Below are positions 38,020 to 48,062 of a DNA stretch of 64,000 bases, piece after piece. The DNA is from an uncultured Roseburia sp. Its GTDB lineage: Bacteria > Bacillota > Clostridia > Lachnospirales > Lachnospiraceae. Made by a program: the position numbers and the translations under genes. The notes under the pieces are model-generated. The model saw only the letters and a list, made by a program, of their open reading frames with translations, was not told the origin of the DNA and searched no databases. Positions within the stretch are counted from its first letter, which is position 1; every line of letters starts with the position of its first letter. The DNA lies in contig CAJUNX010000001.1 of NCBI GenBank assembly GCA_910587865.1, positions 81,398 through 145,397 on the forward strand, written 5' to 3'.

Positions 38020-39687
38020 ATGAGCGGAACAGAAGATTATCTGGATGGTTTACTGAATTCGTTGGACAAAGATGCGATACCACAGGACACAGAGACAGAG
38101 AGAGAACCCAGGGAGGAAGTTTTGGCAGACGCGGAAAATAAGAAGGATGACATAAATACAGGGGAGGATTATCTGGACTCGCTGGAGGAAGATATTCTCT
38201 CCGGGGACAGCACGGACGATTTTATACGGCAGTTCGAGGAAGAGCTTGAGCAGGAGGGAATGCAGGATGCGCCGGCAGGGGATCCGCTCGGGGAAGATGA
38301 TACGCTGTTCGGAAGTCTGGATGACATTGTCAACAGTGTAAAGGAACGTATGCAGGACGGAGACGATTTTCTCGGACACGATGACATCATGGTGGATACC
38401 ATCGGGGATGAGCCCGGTATTCCGTCTATGTCGGATGCGATGGCAGACATTTCCGACGGGATGGAGGATGAGGATATTGTTCCGGCCGAGGTAAATCCCG
38501 ACGGATTCGGCACCGAGGATCCGGAGTTTGCGGAGCTTTTCCGCACGGACGGCGAGCTGCCGGATATCGAGGATCTGCTGGGAAGCGATTTCGGGGATGC
38601 GGGTCTTTCCGGTGATGATTCGAAGGATTTATATGACGGTGAGGAGCCGGAATTCCCGATCGGCAGTCTTGAGGAGATTTTAGGAATGGAAGATGAGCCT
38701 GCGAAACCGGCGGAAGCGGCGGAACCGGCTGCGCCGAAAGAGACGGCCGATAAGGAAGAGAAGAAAGAGAAAAAAGAAAAGAAAAAGAAAGAAAAAGCGG
38801 AGAAGAAGGAAAAGGTGGACAAAAAAGCACAGAAGAAGGAAAAGGGAGAATCGGCCGGATTTTTCCATAAGCTTTCCAACGCGCTTTTCGAGGAAAGTGA
38901 CAAAGACGGGCAGCCGGCTGCAACGGAAGAGAAAAAAACCGATGTGTCCGATGAGAATCTGCAGATTCTCCAGCAGCTCGAAGGAGATATGGTAATCGAC
39001 GTGCAGCAGGAGAAAAAGAGCGCGGACGATGAGAAGGCGAAGAAGAAAGAGGCTGCCAAAAAAGCGAAAAAGGAGAAGAAGGAGCAGGCGAAAAAGGAGC
39101 GCGAGGCGAAGAAAAAGAGCAAACCCAAAAAAGAAAAGAAGCCGAAGCAGCCGAAGGAGGCGGACAAATCAAAGCCGCTGCCGAAAAAGCCGGTGTTCCT
39201 GATCTTTTTGATGACAGGCTCTTTCCTGGCGCTGGTGCTGTTTGGGATAAAGTATTCCGGATATGCGGGGAGCAGATCACGGGCGGCCGGCTTTTATGCC
39301 AGAGGGGATTATGAGGCGGCTTACCGGGAGCTTTCCGGACTTGAGATCGCGGATGACGATAAGGATGTGTTTGAGAAATACCGTATTCTGGCTAATGCAT
39401 CGGGCGAGTACAGTGCATATGAGAGTTTCCGCGATGCCGAAATCCATGATATGGCGCTGGATGCCCTGATCCGCACGGTCGGCCGCTGTGAGAAGTATCG
39501 GTCGGATGCGCAGGCTTACAGGTGCGAAGGTGAGCTGGACGGCGTGAGGAGCCGGGCTGTCGCGGCGCTTGCAGAATTCGGGGTGTCGGAGGAGCGTGCG
39601 CTTGAGCTGTATGCCGGTGCGGACAGAGAGGCATATTCGGCGGAGCTGTATGCGATACTGGCGGAAAACGGTTATGTGATGGAATAG
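38020..39687 (+). CDS. Hypothetical protein: acidic N-terminus, Lys-rich segment, one TM, helical C-terminus
   Basis: RBS AAGGAGGT, 555-aa ORF, TM VFLIFLMTGSFLALVLFGI. Confidence 0.8.
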   Translation: MSGTEDYLDGLLNSLDKDAIPQDTETEREPREEVLADAENKKDDINTGEDYLDSLEEDILSGDSTDDFIRQFEEELEQEGMQDAPAGDPLGEDDTLFGSLDDIVNSVKERMQDGDDFLGHDDIMVDTIGDEPGIPSMSDAMADISDGMEDEDIVPAEVNPDGFGTEDPEFAELFRTDGELPDIEDLLGSDFGDAGLSGDDSKDLYDGEEPEFPIGSLEEILGMEDEPAKPAEAAEPAAPKETADKEEKKEKKEKKKKEKAEKKEKVDKKAQKKEKGESAGFFHKLSNALFEESDKDGQPAATEEKKTDVSDENLQILQQLEGDMVIDVQQEKKSADDEKAKKKEAAKKAKKEKKEQAKKEREAKKKSKPKKEKKPKQPKEADKSKPLPKKPVFLIFLMTGSFLALVLFGIKYSGYAGSRSRAAGFYARGDYEAAYRELSGLEIADDDKDVFEKYRILANASGEYSAYESFRDAEIHDMALDALIRTVGRCEKYRSDAQAYRCEGELDGVRSRAVAALAEFGVSEERALELYAGADREAYSAELYAILAENGYVME

Positions 39688-39696
39688 GACGGACGA

Positions 39697-40308
39697 ATGA
39701 TAGCGATTATTGACTATGATGCCGGCAATCTGAAAAGTGTGGAAAAGGCGTTCGGTGCGCTGGATCAGGAATGTGTGATTACAGGTGACGGCAGAAAGAT
39801 CCTTGCGGCGGACCGGGTCGTGCTTCCGGGGGTGGGCGCGTTTGGCGCCGCTATGGAACAGTTAAGACAGCGCGGGTTAGATCAGGTGATCCGGGAGGTC
39901 GTATGGCAGAAAAAACCGTTTCTGGGGATCTGCCTGGGGATGCAGCTTCTGTTTGAGGGAAGCGAGGAGAACGGCGGAGCGGAGGGACTTGGTCTGCTTG
40001 GCGGTGCGATACGAAAGATCCCTGAATGCGACGGACTTAAGATTCCGCATATCGGGTGGAATTCACTGGAGCTTTCGAATCGGGGGCGTCTGTTTGTGGG
40101 CGAGGAAACGCCGTATGTCTATTTCGTGCACTCCTATTATCTGCAGGCATCGGACGAATCGATCGTGAAGGCAAAGACAGAGTATGGGGTGACGATTCAC
40201 GCTTCCGTGGAGCAGGATCAGATCTTTGCGTGTCAGTTTCATCCGGAAAAGAGCGGGAGGACAGGGCTGCGGATTCTGCAAAGATTTGCGGAAGTACAGG
40301 CCGGTTAG
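39697..40308 (+). CDS. hisH: Imidazole glycerol phosphate synthase glutaminase subunit
   Basis: [27 protein letters not shown] and QFHPEKSG. Confidence 0.97.
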   Translation: MIAIIDYDAGNLKSVEKAFGALDQECVITGDGRKILAADRVVLPGVGAFGAAMEQLRQRGLDQVIREVVWQKKPFLGICLGMQLLFEGSEENGGAEGLGLLGGAIRKIPECDGLKIPHIGWNSLELSNRGRLFVGEETPYVYFVHSYYLQASDESIVKAKTEYGVTIHASVEQDQIFACQFHPEKSGRTGLRILQRFAEVQAG

Positions 40309-40351
40309 GCAGTGTGAGCCGCAGCCGGGAAGGCACGGCGGGAGGCGGAGA

Positions 40352-41116
40352 ATGTTTACAAAGAGGATTATACCGTGTCTGGACGTGAAGGACGGACGTG
40401 TGGTTAAGGGCGTTAATTTTGTGGATTTAAGAGATGCAGGGGATCCGGTTGAGATCGCGGAGGCTTACGATGCCGCAGGCGCGGATGAGCTGGTATTTCT
40501 TGATATCACGGCGACCTCGGATGCCAGGGAGACGGTTGCGGATATGGTGCGCAGGGTTGCCCAGAAGGTTTTTATTCCGTTTACGGTCGGCGGGGGAATC
40601 CGCACGGTGGAGGATTTTAAGGCGCTGCTTCGCGAGGGGGCGGATAAGATTTCGATCAATTCCGCTGCGATTAACCGGCCAGGGCTGATCTCGGAGGCGG
40701 CGGATAAGTTTGGCAGCCAGTGTGTGGTCCTCGCGATCGACGCGCACCGGCGGGCGGACGGGAGCGGCTGGAATATATACAAAAACGGCGGCAGGATCGA
40801 CACCGGGATCGATGCGGTGGAATGGGCCGTGCGGGCAGAACGGCTCGGCGCCGGGGAGATTCTTCTGACCAGTATGGACTGCGACGGGACGAAGGCCGGG
40901 TATGACATTGAACTGACCAGGCGGATCGCGGACAGTGTGTCGATCCCGGTGATCGCCTCCGGCGGGGCAGGAACGAAGGAACATTTTTATGAGGCGTTTT
41001 CGGCCGGGGGAGCGGATGCCGCTCTCGCCGCATCGCTTTTTCATTACAAAGAGCTGGAGATTGCGGAGCTCAAGGAGTATCTGGCACAGCGGGGCATACC
41101 GGTGCGGCAGATGTAG
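40352..41116 (+). CDS. hisF: Imidazole glycerol phosphate synthase cyclase subunit
   Basis: [28 protein letters not shown] and VIASGGAG. Confidence 0.97.
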   Translation: MFTKRIIPCLDVKDGRVVKGVNFVDLRDAGDPVEIAEAYDAAGADELVFLDITATSDARETVADMVRRVAQKVFIPFTVGGGIRTVEDFKALLREGADKISINSAAINRPGLISEAADKFGSQCVVLAIDAHRRADGSGWNIYKNGGRIDTGIDAVEWAVRAERLGAGEILLTSMDCDGTKAGYDIELTRRIADSVSIPVIASGGAGTKEHFYEAFSAGGADAALAASLFHYKELEIAELKEYLAQRGIPVRQM

Positions 41117-41137
41117 AAAAATACAAAAGACAGTGGG

Positions 41138-41827
41138 GTGATGTTTGTGGCGATGATAACGAATGACTGGCTGCCCGCCATGGAGGCGGAATTTAAAAAG
41201 CCGTATTATCGGGAGCTCTATCAGTTTGTGAGGGAGGAATACAGCCGGGCCGTGGTCTATCCGCCGGCGGACGATATTTTCAATGCGTTTCATTTTACGC
41301 CGCTCGGAAAGGTGAAGGTGCTGCTGCTCGGTCAGGATCCGTATCACAATGTGAATCAGGCGCACGGGTTGTCTTTTTCCGTGCTGCCGGAACAAAAGGA
41401 CATTCCGCCTTCGCTGCAGAACATTTACAAGGAGCTTCACGACGATCTGGGGTGCTATATTCCCAATAACGGATATCTGAAAAAATGGGCCGACCAGGGG
41501 GTGCTGCTGCTAAATACGGTGCTTACCGTGCGAGCACACCAGGCAAATTCTCATCAGGGCAGAGGATGGGAACAATTCACGGATGCCGTCATCCAGGCGG
41601 TAAACAATGAGGATCGTCCCCTGGTCTGTTTCCTGTGGGGGAGGCCGGCGCAGATGAAGGCGCCGATGCTTGATCATCCGAAGCATCTCGTGCTGAAAGC
41701 GCCGCATCCGAGTCCGCTCTCCGCGCACCGGGGATTTTTCGGATGTAAGCATTTCAGCAGGGCGAACGAGTTTCTCAGGGAGAACGGCGTGGAGCCGATC
41801 GACTGGCAGATTGAGAACATCCCGTGA
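41138..41827 (+). CDS. ung: Uracil-DNA glycosylase
   Basis: GQDPYH, PPSLQNI, GVLLLN and HPSPLS; exact start uncertain. Confidence 0.96.
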   Translation: MMFVAMITNDWLPAMEAEFKKPYYRELYQFVREEYSRAVVYPPADDIFNAFHFTPLGKVKVLLLGQDPYHNVNQAHGLSFSVLPEQKDIPPSLQNIYKELHDDLGCYIPNNGYLKKWADQGVLLLNTVLTVRAHQANSHQGRGWEQFTDAVIQAVNNEDRPLVCFLWGRPAQMKAPMLDHPKHLVLKAPHPSPLSAHRGFFGCKHFSRANEFLRENGVEPIDWQIENIP

Positions 41828-41977
41828 AGTGTTCTGAAGCTGACGGGCGGATTGGGAACATCCCGTGAGGTTTCCGGGGAGTGTCCGCCAGAGGAAAAGA
41901 CGGCGCAGGCACTGCGGAATACGGGATAAAATGACGATATAAAGAAAAAGAGCAGTCTGAAGAGAGGAGTGAGCGCA

Positions 41978-42766
41978 ATGGCAACGATTTCGGGATATGA
42001 TTCCGCGTCGATCGGCGTGCTGTTTTCGAGTTTAAACAGCGGCAGTCAGACGACCGGTCTGATGGGCGGCGGCAGTTCGGATCTTTTGGGGATCAATTAT
42101 ATTGATTACGCGACGATCCGCAGCGGCAGTTATTTTAAGCTGCTGAACGCGTTTTACAGCAAAAACGGCGACGGGGACGGGGTGAAAAAGTCGACGGTCT
42201 CAAGCTCCACGTCGACCTCGAAGGACGATGCAAAAGTACTGACAGCCGAGAAAAGCGCGGCATCCGCGCTGAAGGCATCCGCGGAGAAGCTGACGAAGAC
42301 GGGCAGAGATTCCGTGTTTGAGAAGGTGACCACGAAAGATAAGGACGGCAACGAGACGACGGATTATGATAAGGATGCCATCTATAAGGCCGTGAGTTCT
42401 TTTGTGGACGATTACAACCGGCTTGTGGAGAAAGCGTCCGATTCAAAGACCTCGACGATTCTGCGCGCGGGCCGTTCGATGGTGAATTACACCAGGGCGA
42501 ACGCGAATCTTTTATCAAAGATCGGAATTACCGCGGATCACAATCAGAAGCTGACGATCGATAAGGAGACGTTTCAGAAAGCGGATATGGATACGGTAAA
42601 ATCGCTGTTTCAGACACGCGGTTCTTACGGACAGCAGATTCAGACCCAGGCTTCGTTTATCGAATCGTATGCGAAAAATGAATCGTTGCGGTCAAATACG
42701 TATGCGCGGACGGGAAGATATACGTACAATCATAATACAGGAGATCTGTACAGTTCGTTCATGTAG
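41978..42766 (+). CDS. Ser/Thr/Lys-rich hypothetical protein with FliD C-terminal-like segments
   Basis: RBS GAGGAG; IYKAVSSFVDDYN and LSKIGIT..KLTIDKETF resemble FliD motifs. Confidence 0.65.
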   Translation: MATISGYDSASIGVLFSSLNSGSQTTGLMGGGSSDLLGINYIDYATIRSGSYFKLLNAFYSKNGDGDGVKKSTVSSSTSTSKDDAKVLTAEKSAASALKASAEKLTKTGRDSVFEKVTTKDKDGNETTDYDKDAIYKAVSSFVDDYNRLVEKASDSKTSTILRAGRSMVNYTRANANLLSKIGITADHNQKLTIDKETFQKADMDTVKSLFQTRGSYGQQIQTQASFIESYAKNESLRSNTYARTGRYTYNHNTGDLYSSFM

Positions 42767-42919
42767 CGTGAATGAGGACAGATGATGTCAAAAAGCTGAT
42801 TTGTCTGAAATGTGTGGGGCTGTCATGCCGAAAACGGTGTGGCAACCTCATATATTTTATGGTGAAACGGGAAAGGAAACGGCGGACCAAAGAGCAGAAG
42901 CCGGGAAACGGGGGAGCGG

Positions 42920-44005
42920 ATGGCAGGAAAAAAGATTGTGGTCGGGATGTCCGGCGGAGTGGATTCTTCTGTGGCGGCATATCTGCTGAAGGAAGAAGGA
43001 TATGAAGTGATCGGCGTCACCATGCAGATCTGGCAGGATATGCCGTCCGCACTGCAGGAGGAAGAGGGCGGATGCTGCGGGCTTACGGCGGCGGAGGATG
43101 CCAGGCGGGTGGCGGAAACGCTTGGGATCCGGCATTATGTGATGAATTTTAAAAAGGAGTTCCGGGAGAATGTCATGGACTATTTTATCCGGGAATATCT
43201 GCAGGGAAGGACGCCGAATCCGTGTATTGCCTGCAACCGCTATGTGAAGTGGGATGCGCTGTTAAAAAAGAGTCTCGCGCTCGGGGCGGATTATATTGCC
43301 ACCGGCCATTATGCGCAGGTGGAACGCCTCGCAAACGGCAGGTATGCCGTCAGAAATTCGGTCACGGCGGCAAAGGATCAGACGTATGCGCTCTACAATC
43401 TGACGCAGGATCAGCTGGCCCATACGAAGATGCCGGTGGGAGCATACGCAAAGGAAGAGATCCGGGCGATTGCAGAAAAGATCGGGCTCTCCGTGGCGCA
43501 CAAGAAGGACAGCCAGGAGATCTGTTTTATACCGGATCACGATTATGCGGGTTTTATCGACCGGGAATGCGGTGAGAGCGTGCCGCCGCCCGGGGCATTT
43601 GTCTCGGTGCAGGGGGAGGTACTGGGCACCCACAGAGGGATTACGCATTATACCGTCGGACAGAGAAAGCACCTGGGGATCGCGCTCGGGTATCCGGTTT
43701 TTGTCACGGAGATCCGGCCCGAAAAAAACGAGGTGGTGCTGGGGACGGACGAGCAGGTGTATACGGACCGGCTTTACGCCGGCAGCCTGCATGCCATGGC
43801 TTTGCCGGATCTGGCGGACGGGATGAAGCTTACGGCAAAGATCCGGTATTCCCACGCAGGGAGCAGGTGCGTGGTGCGGCGGATAAAGGAGGACGAGATC
43901 TGCTGTGAATTTGAGGAGCCGGTGCGCGCGGTGACGCCCGGACAGGCGGTCGTGCTGTACGACGGAGCGTATGTGGCGGGAGGAGGGACGATCCTGCGCC
44001 GCTGA
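42920..44005 (+). CDS. mnmA: tRNA-specific 2-thiouridylase
   Basis: GMSGGVDSS, TPNPCIACN, ATGHYA, KDQTY, DSQEICF and AVTPGQ. Confidence 0.97.
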   Translation: MAGKKIVVGMSGGVDSSVAAYLLKEEGYEVIGVTMQIWQDMPSALQEEEGGCCGLTAAEDARRVAETLGIRHYVMNFKKEFRENVMDYFIREYLQGRTPNPCIACNRYVKWDALLKKSLALGADYIATGHYAQVERLANGRYAVRNSVTAAKDQTYALYNLTQDQLAHTKMPVGAYAKEEIRAIAEKIGLSVAHKKDSQEICFIPDHDYAGFIDRECGESVPPPGAFVSVQGEVLGTHRGITHYTVGQRKHLGIALGYPVFVTEIRPEKNEVVLGTDEQVYTDRLYAGSLHAMALPDLADGMKLTAKIRYSHAGSRCVVRRIKEDEICCEFEEPVRAVTPGQAVVLYDGAYVAGGGTILRR

Positions 44006-44093
44006 CGGCTGGCGGAGGGCGGTTGCCCGGGCGCTGCGATTTGTGTGGCGGGAGGAGGGATCCTGCGCCGCTGACGGCTTTGGCGGAGGGCGG
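43972..44093 (+). repeat. ~50-bp imperfect duplication of the mnmA 3' end
   Basis: Copies at 43972-44022 and 44044-44093. Confidence 0.85.
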
Positions 44094-44143
44094 AGACAGA
44101 AGGAAGGACGGGCCGCATCGGACGGACAGAGGAGGAGTGAGAG

Positions 44144-45265
44144 ATGCCTGCGTTAAATATTATGATAAAACCATCTTCCGGGATGTGTAATATGCGCTGC
44201 GACTATTGTTTTTACTGCGACGAGACGAAAAAACGGAAGCAGGAATCCTATGGGTTTATGACAGAAGAAACATTAAAGAATGTGATCCGTAAGACGATGG
44301 CGCACGCTTCCGGAATGATTACCTATGCGTATCAGGGCGGGGAACCGACGCTGCGCGGACTGGAATTTTTTGAAAAAGCGGTGTTCTACCAGAAGAAATA
44401 TGCAAAAGGCGGGATCCGCGTCAATAACGCGCTGCAGACGAACGGGTACGCGCTGGACGAGGACTGGTGCCGTTTTTTCCATGAACATCAGTTTCTGATC
44501 GGCGTTTCCGTGGACGGGACAAAAGCCACGCATGACAGATACCGGCACGATGCGGCCGGAAACGGGACATACGGAAGGATCGTGGAGCATACAAGGCTTT
44601 TGGACCGGTATGAGGTGGATTACAATATTCTGACGGTGCTCACGGGGCATACCGCGGACCGGATCGGGGAGATCTACCGGGATTACAAAAAAAACGGGTG
44701 GAGATATCAGCAGTATATCGCCTGTCTGGATCCGCTGGGTGAGGCGCGCGGCGAAAGCGGGTATGCGCTGACCCCAGAGCAGTACGGGAAAGCGCTGACG
44801 GAGCTGTTCTGGCTCTGGTGTGAGGATTTAGAGAGAGGGGAACAGCCCTATATACGTAGTTTTGAGAATTATATCGGAATTCTCATGGGGCGGCTGGCGG
44901 AGTCCTGCGACCAGCGGGGCATGTGCGGGATTCAGACCGTGGTGGAGGCGGACGGAAGCGCCTATCCCTGTGATTTTTACATGCTTGACGAATACTGTCT
45001 GGGGAATTTTAACGAATGCCGGATGGATGCGATCGATCAGAAGCGGGAGGAAATCGGGTTCGTGGATCGCTCCCGCCGGATTGCCGCAGCATGCAGGGAA
45101 TGTTGCTATTTCGGGATCTGTAAAGGCGGATGCCAGAGACATCGCGAATGGAATCCGGCAGCGGAGGGATACGAAAATTATTTCTGCGACGGGTTCCGGA
45201 TGTTTTTTGACGCGTGCTGTGATAAGATGAAGGAAATTGCGGATCATATCGGGACGGCGGGATAG
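44144..45265 (+). CDS. Radical SAM/SPASM enzyme, anaerobic sulfatase maturase family
   Basis: IKPSSGMCNMRCDYCFY, QGGEPTL, ALQTNG and SPASM cysteines (YPCDFY, CRECCYFGICKGGC). Confidence 0.9.
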   Translation: MPALNIMIKPSSGMCNMRCDYCFYCDETKKRKQESYGFMTEETLKNVIRKTMAHASGMITYAYQGGEPTLRGLEFFEKAVFYQKKYAKGGIRVNNALQTNGYALDEDWCRFFHEHQFLIGVSVDGTKATHDRYRHDAAGNGTYGRIVEHTRLLDRYEVDYNILTVLTGHTADRIGEIYRDYKKNGWRYQQYIACLDPLGEARGESGYALTPEQYGKALTELFWLWCEDLERGEQPYIRSFENYIGILMGRLAESCDQRGMCGIQTVVEADGSAYPCDFYMLDEYCLGNFNECRMDAIDQKREEIGFVDRSRRIAAACRECCYFGICKGGCQRHREWNPAAEGYENYFCDGFRMFFDACCDKMKEIADHIGTAG

Positions 45266-45299
45266 ACCGGCGGGACGATGAGAGGGAAAGAGGACAGGA

Positions 45300-47999
45300 A
45301 TGACCAGGGAAGAATTTCGAAAACTGACAGAAAAAGGGCCGGTGATCCTTGACGGTGCGACGGGCACCAATCTTCAGAAGGCGGGGATGCCGGTCGGAGT
45401 ATGCCCGGAACAGTGGATTCTGGAGCACCCGGATATATTTGTGCGCCTTCAGACGGCGTATGTGGAGGCGGGGACGCAGATTCTGTTTGCCCCCACGTTT
45501 ACGGCAAATACGATTAAGCTGGCGGAATACGGGAAGGCAGAGTGTGCCGATTCCATGAACCGGGAACTTATAGCGCTCTCAAAGCGCGCGGCGGAGGGAA
45601 AGGCGTATGTGGCAGGTGATCTGACGATGACGGGGAAACAGCTGTATCCGATCGGTGATCTGATGTTTGAGGAGCTGGTCGGGATATACCGTGACCAGGC
45701 ACGCGCGATTTTGGCGGCGGGAGCCGACCTGTTTGTGGTTGAGACGATGATGAGTCTTCAGGAGTGTCGTGCTGCGGTGATTGCGATCCGCGAGGTATGC
45801 GACCTGCCCGTGATGGTTTCCCTGACGTATCAGGAAAACGGCAGGACACTCTACGGAACGGACCCGGTGACGGCCATTGTCACCTTGCAGAGCCTGGGAG
45901 CGGATGCCGTGGGGCTCAACTGCTCTACGGGGCCGGAGGCGATGCGGCCGCTGGTGGAGGCGATGGCCGGATATGCCACGGTGCCGGTTCTGGCGAAACC
46001 GAATGCGGGCCTGCCAGAGCTTAAGGACGGCGAGACAGTTTACCGCATGCAGCCAGAGGAATTTGCCGCAGCCGCGGCGGCGCTGGTGGAGGCGGGAGCC
46101 GCGATCGTCGGCGGGTGCTGCGGAACGACACCGAAGCATATCAGGGCCCTTGCGGGTGCCGTAGCGGGAATGCCGCTGAAAAAACCGCTGGAAAAGCAGC
46201 GCCGTGTGCTTACCTCGGAGCGGAAATCCATAGAGATTCTGCCGGACGGCCGGTTTATGGTGATCGGGGAACGCATCAATCCGACCGGAAAGAAGAAGCT
46301 GCAGGCGCAGCTAAAGGAGGGATCGCTGGAGCTGGTTCGTTCGATGGCGGCAGAGCAGGAGGAAAACGGGGCGGATATCCTGGATATCAATATGGGGATG
46401 AACGGGATTGACGAAAAGGAGATGATGCTCTCGGCTGTGTATGAGGTGACCTCCACCGTGGATCTGCCGCTTTGCATCGATTCGAGCCATATCGATATCA
46501 TCGAGGCGGCGCTCCGCATTTATCCGGGACGTGCGCTGATCAATTCGATTTCACTTGAAAAGGAAAAGGCGGACGGCCTGCTTCCCATTGCGAAAAAATA
46601 CGGTGCGATGTTCATCCTGCTTCCGCTCTCGGATGACGGCCTGCCGGAGGATTCCGGGGAGAAGCGCAGGATCATCCGCGCGCTTATAGAGAGGGCGAAA
46701 GAAGCGGGACTCTCGGAGGAGGATATCATCGTGGACGGGCTGGTGGCGACCGTGGGGGCAAACCCCTCCGCCGCGCTCTCGTGTTTCGAGACGTTTGACG
46801 ATTGCAGAAGGCTCGGTCTGCCGACGGTGTGCGGGCTCTCGAATATTTCTTTCGGTCTGCCGGAACGGAGCGCGGTCAATGCGGCGTTTCTTACAATGGC
46901 GATCGCGCACGGACTTACGATGGCGATCGCCAATCCTTCCCAGGAGCTTTTGATGAACGCGGCGTACGCGTCCGATCTGCTGCTCTGCAGACCGGAAAGT
47001 GACATCCGCTATATCGAGAGAATGAATGAGGCCGCAGAGAAGCGGGAGACGGCTGAGAGAGCACGTGCGGCGGCCGGTGCGCAGGCGGGAAGGCCGGATG
47101 GGAGAGGGGAGCCGTCCGTCCGCTCGCAGAATGAGCCGGAAATCGCGCGGGGGACGACTGCCTGTCCGGAGAGAGGGCCGGGGCATCAGGAAGGCCGTTC
47201 GGACAACGCGCCGGGTCGTCAGGAAACGGCCGTCCGCTCGCAGCGTGAGCCGGAAATCGCGCGGGGGACGTCTGCCTGTCCGGAGAGAGGTCCGTCGGGT
47301 CAGGAAACAGCTGTCTGCCCGGACAACGTATCGGGCCGGGGCGCGGCGCAGGATGCGGATGTGACGAAAAGCGCTGTGTATCAGGCGGTTTTAAAAGGGA
47401 ATAAGAAGGGGATTCTGGATGAGGTAAAAGCGGTTCTCGGGGAAGGGGAGCAGCCGGAGCGGATTTTAAACGGGCACCTGATTCCTGCGATCAGCGAGGT
47501 TGGAGAGCTGTTTGAACGGCAGAAATATTTCCTGCCGCAGCTGATTGCGTCGGCAAATGCGATGGAAACGGCGATCGCGTATCTGGAGCCGATGCTGGAA
47601 CGCGGCGATATCGAAAAGAAAGCGACAATTGTAATTGCTACGGTCGAAGGAGATATCCACGATATCGGAAAAAATCTGGTGGCGCTGATGCTGCGAAATT
47701 ACGGATACCGGGTCATTGATCTCGGAAAGGATGTGCCGGCGGAGCGCATCGTGGAAACAGCGGTTGCGGAACACGCGAAGATCATCGGGCTTTCCGCGCT
47801 GATGACGACGACGATGATGCGCATGAAAGAGGTTGTTGAACTGGTGAAGGAGAAAGGCGCGGACTGTATGGTGATGATCGGCGGAGCGGCGATCACGGAA
47901 AGCTTTGCGGAGGAGATCGGTGCGGACGGTTATTCGAAGGACGCCGCGGAATGCGTAAAGCTGGCGGAACGTCTGCTGGCGGAAAAAGAGGCGCAGTGA
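45300..47999 (+). CDS. metH: Cobalamin-dependent methionine synthase-like protein (Hcy, pterin and B12 domains; no AdoMet reactivation domain)
   Basis: ILDGATGT, GLNCSTGP, GGCCGTTP, IGERINPTG, GLSNISFG and B12 motif GDIHDIGKNLV. Confidence 0.88.
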   Translation: MTREEFRKLTEKGPVILDGATGTNLQKAGMPVGVCPEQWILEHPDIFVRLQTAYVEAGTQILFAPTFTANTIKLAEYGKAECADSMNRELIALSKRAAEGKAYVAGDLTMTGKQLYPIGDLMFEELVGIYRDQARAILAAGADLFVVETMMSLQECRAAVIAIREVCDLPVMVSLTYQENGRTLYGTDPVTAIVTLQSLGADAVGLNCSTGPEAMRPLVEAMAGYATVPVLAKPNAGLPELKDGETVYRMQPEEFAAAAAALVEAGAAIVGGCCGTTPKHIRALAGAVAGMPLKKPLEKQRRVLTSERKSIEILPDGRFMVIGERINPTGKKKLQAQLKEGSLELVRSMAAEQEENGADILDINMGMNGIDEKEMMLSAVYEVTSTVDLPLCIDSSHIDIIEAALRIYPGRALINSISLEKEKADGLLPIAKKYGAMFILLPLSDDGLPEDSGEKRRIIRALIERAKEAGLSEEDIIVDGLVATVGANPSAALSCFETFDDCRRLGLPTVCGLSNISFGLPERSAVNAAFLTMAIAHGLTMAIANPSQELLMNAAYASDLLLCRPESDIRYIERMNEAAEKRETAERARAAAGAQAGRPDGRGEPSVRSQNEPEIARGTTACPERGPGHQEGRSDNAPGRQETAVRSQREPEIARGTSACPERGPSGQETAVCPDNVSGRGAAQDADVTKSAVYQAVLKGNKKGILDEVKAVLGEGEQPERILNGHLIPAISEVGELFERQKYFLPQLIASANAMETAIAYLEPMLERGDIEKKATIVIATVEGDIHDIGKNLVALMLRNYGYRVIDLGKDVPAERIVETAVAEHAKIIGLSALMTTTMMRMKEVVELVKEKGADCMVMIGGAAITESFAEEIGADGYSKDAAECVKLAERLLAEKEAQ
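47116..47290 (+). repeat. 61-bp direct repeat x2 (114-bp period) in the metH linker
   Basis: Copies at 47116-47176 and 47230-47290, 3 mismatches. Confidence 0.9.
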
Positions 48000-48010
48000 T
48001 TGCGGCCGGG

Positions 48011-48051
48011 AAAAGAGGCGCAGTGTCGCGGTCAGGCACTGCGCCTCTTTT
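48011..48051. terminator. Probable bidirectional terminator between convergent genes
   Basis: AAAAGAGGCGCAGTG-11nt-CACTGCGCCTCTTTT. Confidence 0.8.
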
Positions 48052-48062
48052 CTGCTCACAGA

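Noticed and set aside
38169..39280. Long Ser/Phe-rich minus-strand ORFs
   Set aside because: Mirror of the Glu/Lys/Asp-rich plus-strand gene
40427..41440. 337-aa minus-strand ORF
   Set aside because: Antisense to hisF and ung
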